Assembly: GCA_037133055.1 (NCBI GenBank)
Contig: JBAXOY010000025.1
Location: 1-29,385, forward strand
Direction of reading: 5' to 3'
DNA length: 29,385 bases
From: Chlamydiota bacterium
GTDB taxonomy: Bacteria; Auribacterota; Tritonobacteria; UBA1439
The notes beneath the pieces are model-generated. The model had not been told where the DNA came from and made no database searches. It saw nothing but the letters and a program-made list of their open reading frames with translations. Positions 26,919 through 29,385 of the stretch are shown piece by piece; position 1 is the stretch's first letter; the number at the start of each line of letters is the position of its first letter. The translations under genes and the position numbers were made by a program.

Positions 26919-29385
26919 ATGCCGAAACGCAGTGACCGCGACGCGGCGGGGGCCCCGCTCTTGCTTCCCGAGGTCCGGGTCGTCGAGGCGTCGGCGGGCT
27001 CGGGGAAGACCCATGCCCTCGCCGTGAGATACCTCCGTCTCCTGATGGAGCCGGGGGAGGATCTGCGCGCCATCCTCGCCATCACCTTCACCAACAAGGC
27101 CACCCGCGAAATGAAGGGCCGGATCCTCGATCTCCTCAAGAGGCTTGCCCTCGACGCGTTCGGAGGGGAAGAAGAGAAAGCGGAACTGGTGGCGCGGCTT
27201 TCAGCGGACGCGGCGAGCGCCGGAGCGCGCGCGTCGGGCCTCGTCGAGGGGATCGTGCGGAACTACCACTGCTTCCAGGTCCAGACCATCGACAGCTTCA
27301 TCAACGTGCTCCTCTCGGGCTGCGCCTCGGAGCTGGACCTCTCGCCCGGTTTCAGGATCGCGCGCAACTCCGGGGACTACCTCGCATGGAGCATCGACCG
27401 GTGCATCGAACGGGCGGGGCGCGAGCGCGGGGTCCGGAAGGAGATCCGCGCATTCGTCGCGCAGTACCTGCATCTCGACCACAGGGCGCACTGGTTCCCC
27501 AGGACGGACATCATCGCCACCGTCGGCGCGCTTTTCTCCGAACACAACCTCTACGGGGGAAGGTTCGTGAAATACGGCGCCCCCCCGGCTCGGGCGAAGA
27601 GGGATCTTCTCGAGATGCTGGCGGAGCTGCGCGCGTGCGCGCCCGAGGGAACGCACGCCGGCCTCGTCAGGGCGCTGAACGCCCTCGCGCGGAACGGGGA
27701 GGGGCGCCTCGACCTCGACGACTTGAGGAGCGCGTATTTCCTCAAAGACGAATTCCCCATGACGCGGAAGCGCGAGGCGCCCCCGGAGTGCCGCGCCCTG
27801 TGGCGCCGCATCCGGAAGAAGATCCCGGAGGTCGCGGAGGCGGAGGCGCGCTCCCTCTTCGACTGTTATATCGAGCTGTTCGAACTCGCGTCCGGGGAAT
27901 TCGACGCGCGCGCGAGAGAGGACGACGTGGTGTTCCTCGATGAGCTCAACCGGAGGGCGCGGGACCTCTTCGCGAGCGGCCGGGTGGGAGTGCCGGAGCT
28001 CTATCTCCGTCTCGCGACCGCGTTTCGTCATTTCCTGATCGACGAGTTCCAGGATACGAGCGGCCTGCAGTGGCGAAACCTCGAGGGGATGGTCGGCGAG
28101 TCGCTCGCGACGGGCGGATCGCTCTTCTACGTGGGGGACCGGAAACAGGCGATCTACCGTTTCCGGGGCGGCGATGTCGGGCTTTTCGACAGGGTCGCCG
28201 CCGAGCTCGGGGATCAGGCGCCGGTGCGCCGAGAGTCTCTGGCCCTCAACCGGCGCAGCCGCCGGGCGATCGTCGAGTTCAACAACGAGGTGTTCTCGGA
28301 GGAGAACATCAGGCGGTTCGTCGCCGCCGTCCAGCCCGACGACGAGGAGGACAGGAAGATGCTGCGCCCGGAGGATATCGACGGGATCGCGGCCGTCTTT
28401 CGCGACGCGCGCCAGACGCACCTTCCCGGCCGGGAGCCGGGCTGCGTGGGCGTCGAGGCGCTCGAGGCCGCGGCGGGCGAGGACGAGGGGGATGCGGTCC
28501 GCGAAAGGCTCGTCGCGCTCGTCCGGGAGCTCGGCGGGAGGTTCGATCCCGGAGAGATCGCCGTGCTCGCGCGGGGGAATGACGACGTCGAGCGGATCAC
28601 GGCGTGGCTGACGGAGGCCCGCATCGACGCCGCATCGGACCGGACCCTCAGCGTCGCGCATAATCCGCTCGTGAAGGAGCTCGTCGCCCTGCTCAGGTTC
28701 CTCGATTCTCCGATCGACAACCTTGCGTTCGCCTCGTTCATCCTGGGGAAGATATTCGCGGCGGCCGCGGGGAAGAGCGTGGAGGAGATGCGGGGGTTCC
28801 TGTTCTCCCTGCAGGGGAAGAACGCCTCCGGCGGCGCGGGGTATTTCTACCGCGCCTTTCGCGATCGCTACCCCGATGCGTGGCGGGAGCACCTCGAGGA
28901 GCTGTTCAGGAACGTCGGATTTGTCCCGCTCTATGAGCTCGTCGCGGACATCCTCCAGCGGTTTCGCGTGCACCGGCATTTCGGCGAGTACCAGGGGTTC
29001 TTCATGCGCTTCCTCGAGCTTATACGGGAGCAGGAGGAGGAGTGCGGCGATATCGCCTCGTTCCTCGCGTATTTCGACGGTGCCGCGGGGGATGACCTGT
29101 TCGTGAGGTTCCCGGGAGTGAACGCCGTGCGGGTCATGACGATACACAAGGCGAAAGGACTCGGCTTCCCCGCGGTGGTCATCCCCTTTCTCGAGTTTGA
29201 CCGCGGTGGCATGGGGGGGGGCGGGCGCTCCCGGGGCGGACCGCCCTACGGGGCGATCCGGCGCGGGGAGGAGATATCCCTGCTGCGGCTCGACAAGAAA
29301 TACACGCGCCTGTCGCCCCGCCTGAGGGACGACTACCGCGAGGAGTACCGGAGGCGCGTTATCGACGAGCTGAACACCGTCTACG
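26919..29385 (+). CDS. UvrD/REP-superfamily helicase, AddA/RecB-like (3'-truncated; absent from the ORF track because it has no stop in the window)
   Basis: Translated by hand from ATG 26919 (SD GAGAGGA; TATACT at 26888-26893). Motifs 'EASAGSGKT', 'ILAITFTNKATREM', 'TIDSF', 'IDEFQDTS', 'VGDRKQAIYRFRGG' and 'MTIHKAKGL' are all in one frame. Confidence 0.92.
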   Translation, partial: MPKRSDRDAAGAPLLLPEVRVVEASAGSGKTHALAVRYLRLLMEPGEDLRAILAITFTNKATREMKGRILDLLKRLALDAFGGEEEKAELVARLSADAASAGARASGLVEGIVRNYHCFQVQTIDSFINVLLSGCASELDLSPGFRIARNSGDYLAWSIDRCIERAGRERGVRKEIRAFVAQYLHLDHRAHWFPRTDIIATVGALFSEHNLYGGRFVKYGAPPARAKRDLLEMLAELRACAPEGTHAGLVRALNALARNGEGRLDLDDLRSAYFLKDEFPMTRKREAPPECRALWRRIRKKIPEVAEAEARSLFDCYIELFELASGEFDARAREDDVVFLDELNRRARDLFASGRVGVPELYLRLATAFRHFLIDEFQDTSGLQWRNLEGMVGESLATGGSLFYVGDRKQAIYRFRGGDVGLFDRVAAELGDQAPVRRESLALNRRSRRAIVEFNNEVFSEENIRRFVAAVQPDDEEDRKMLRPEDIDGIAAVFRDARQTHLPGREPGCVGVEALEAAAGEDEGDAVRERLVALVRELGGRFDPGEIAVLARGNDDVERITAWLTEARIDAASDRTLSVAHNPLVKELVALLRFLDSPIDNLAFASFILGKIFAAAAGKSVEEMRGFLFSLQGKNASGGAGYFYRAFRDRYPDAWREHLEELFRNVGFVPLYELVADILQRFRVHRHFGEYQGFFMRFLELIREQEEECGDIASFLAYFDGAAGDDLFVRFPGVNAVRVMTIHKAKGLGFPAVVIPFLEFDRGGMGGGGRSRGGPPYGAIRRGEEISLLRLDKKYTRLSPRLRDDYREEYRRRVIDELNTVY

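Overview
A high-GC bacterial housekeeping region with 25 CDSs, 24 of them on the + strand. Gene order: secA (3' end), lnt, prfB (+1 programmed frameshift), a small secreted or membrane protein resembling TIGR04073, lysS, lolC/E, lolD, ilvE, mcsA, mcsB, clpC, radA, ispD, ispF, cysS, tmk, holB, PSP1/ricT, metG, tatD, an orphan oppC-type permease, a membrane GGDEF protein, maf, an ArnT-like glycosyltransferase (- strand) and an AddA/UvrD-type helicase that runs off the window end. Lnt and LolCE/D imply a diderm cell. McsAB-ClpC without an adjacent ctsR and the TIGR04073-like gene suggest a PVC-like lineage (inference only). I found no rRNA, tRNA, CRISPR array or transposase. The main unexplained signal is non-coding: 11 of the 24 gene junctions, including 7 consecutive ones from lolD to ispF, carry short tandem arrays of 7-10 bp units from several sequence families. 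Some families recur across the window, some occur as inverted pairs, and several are translated as C-terminal tails. Secondary points are a GGDEF domain with Asn at the guanine-specificity position, exactly four-copy GGGATTT arrays (a G-quadruplex motif) next to translation starts, and a strong terminator only 38 nt before lysS. All calls come from motif recognition by eye; no database search was run.
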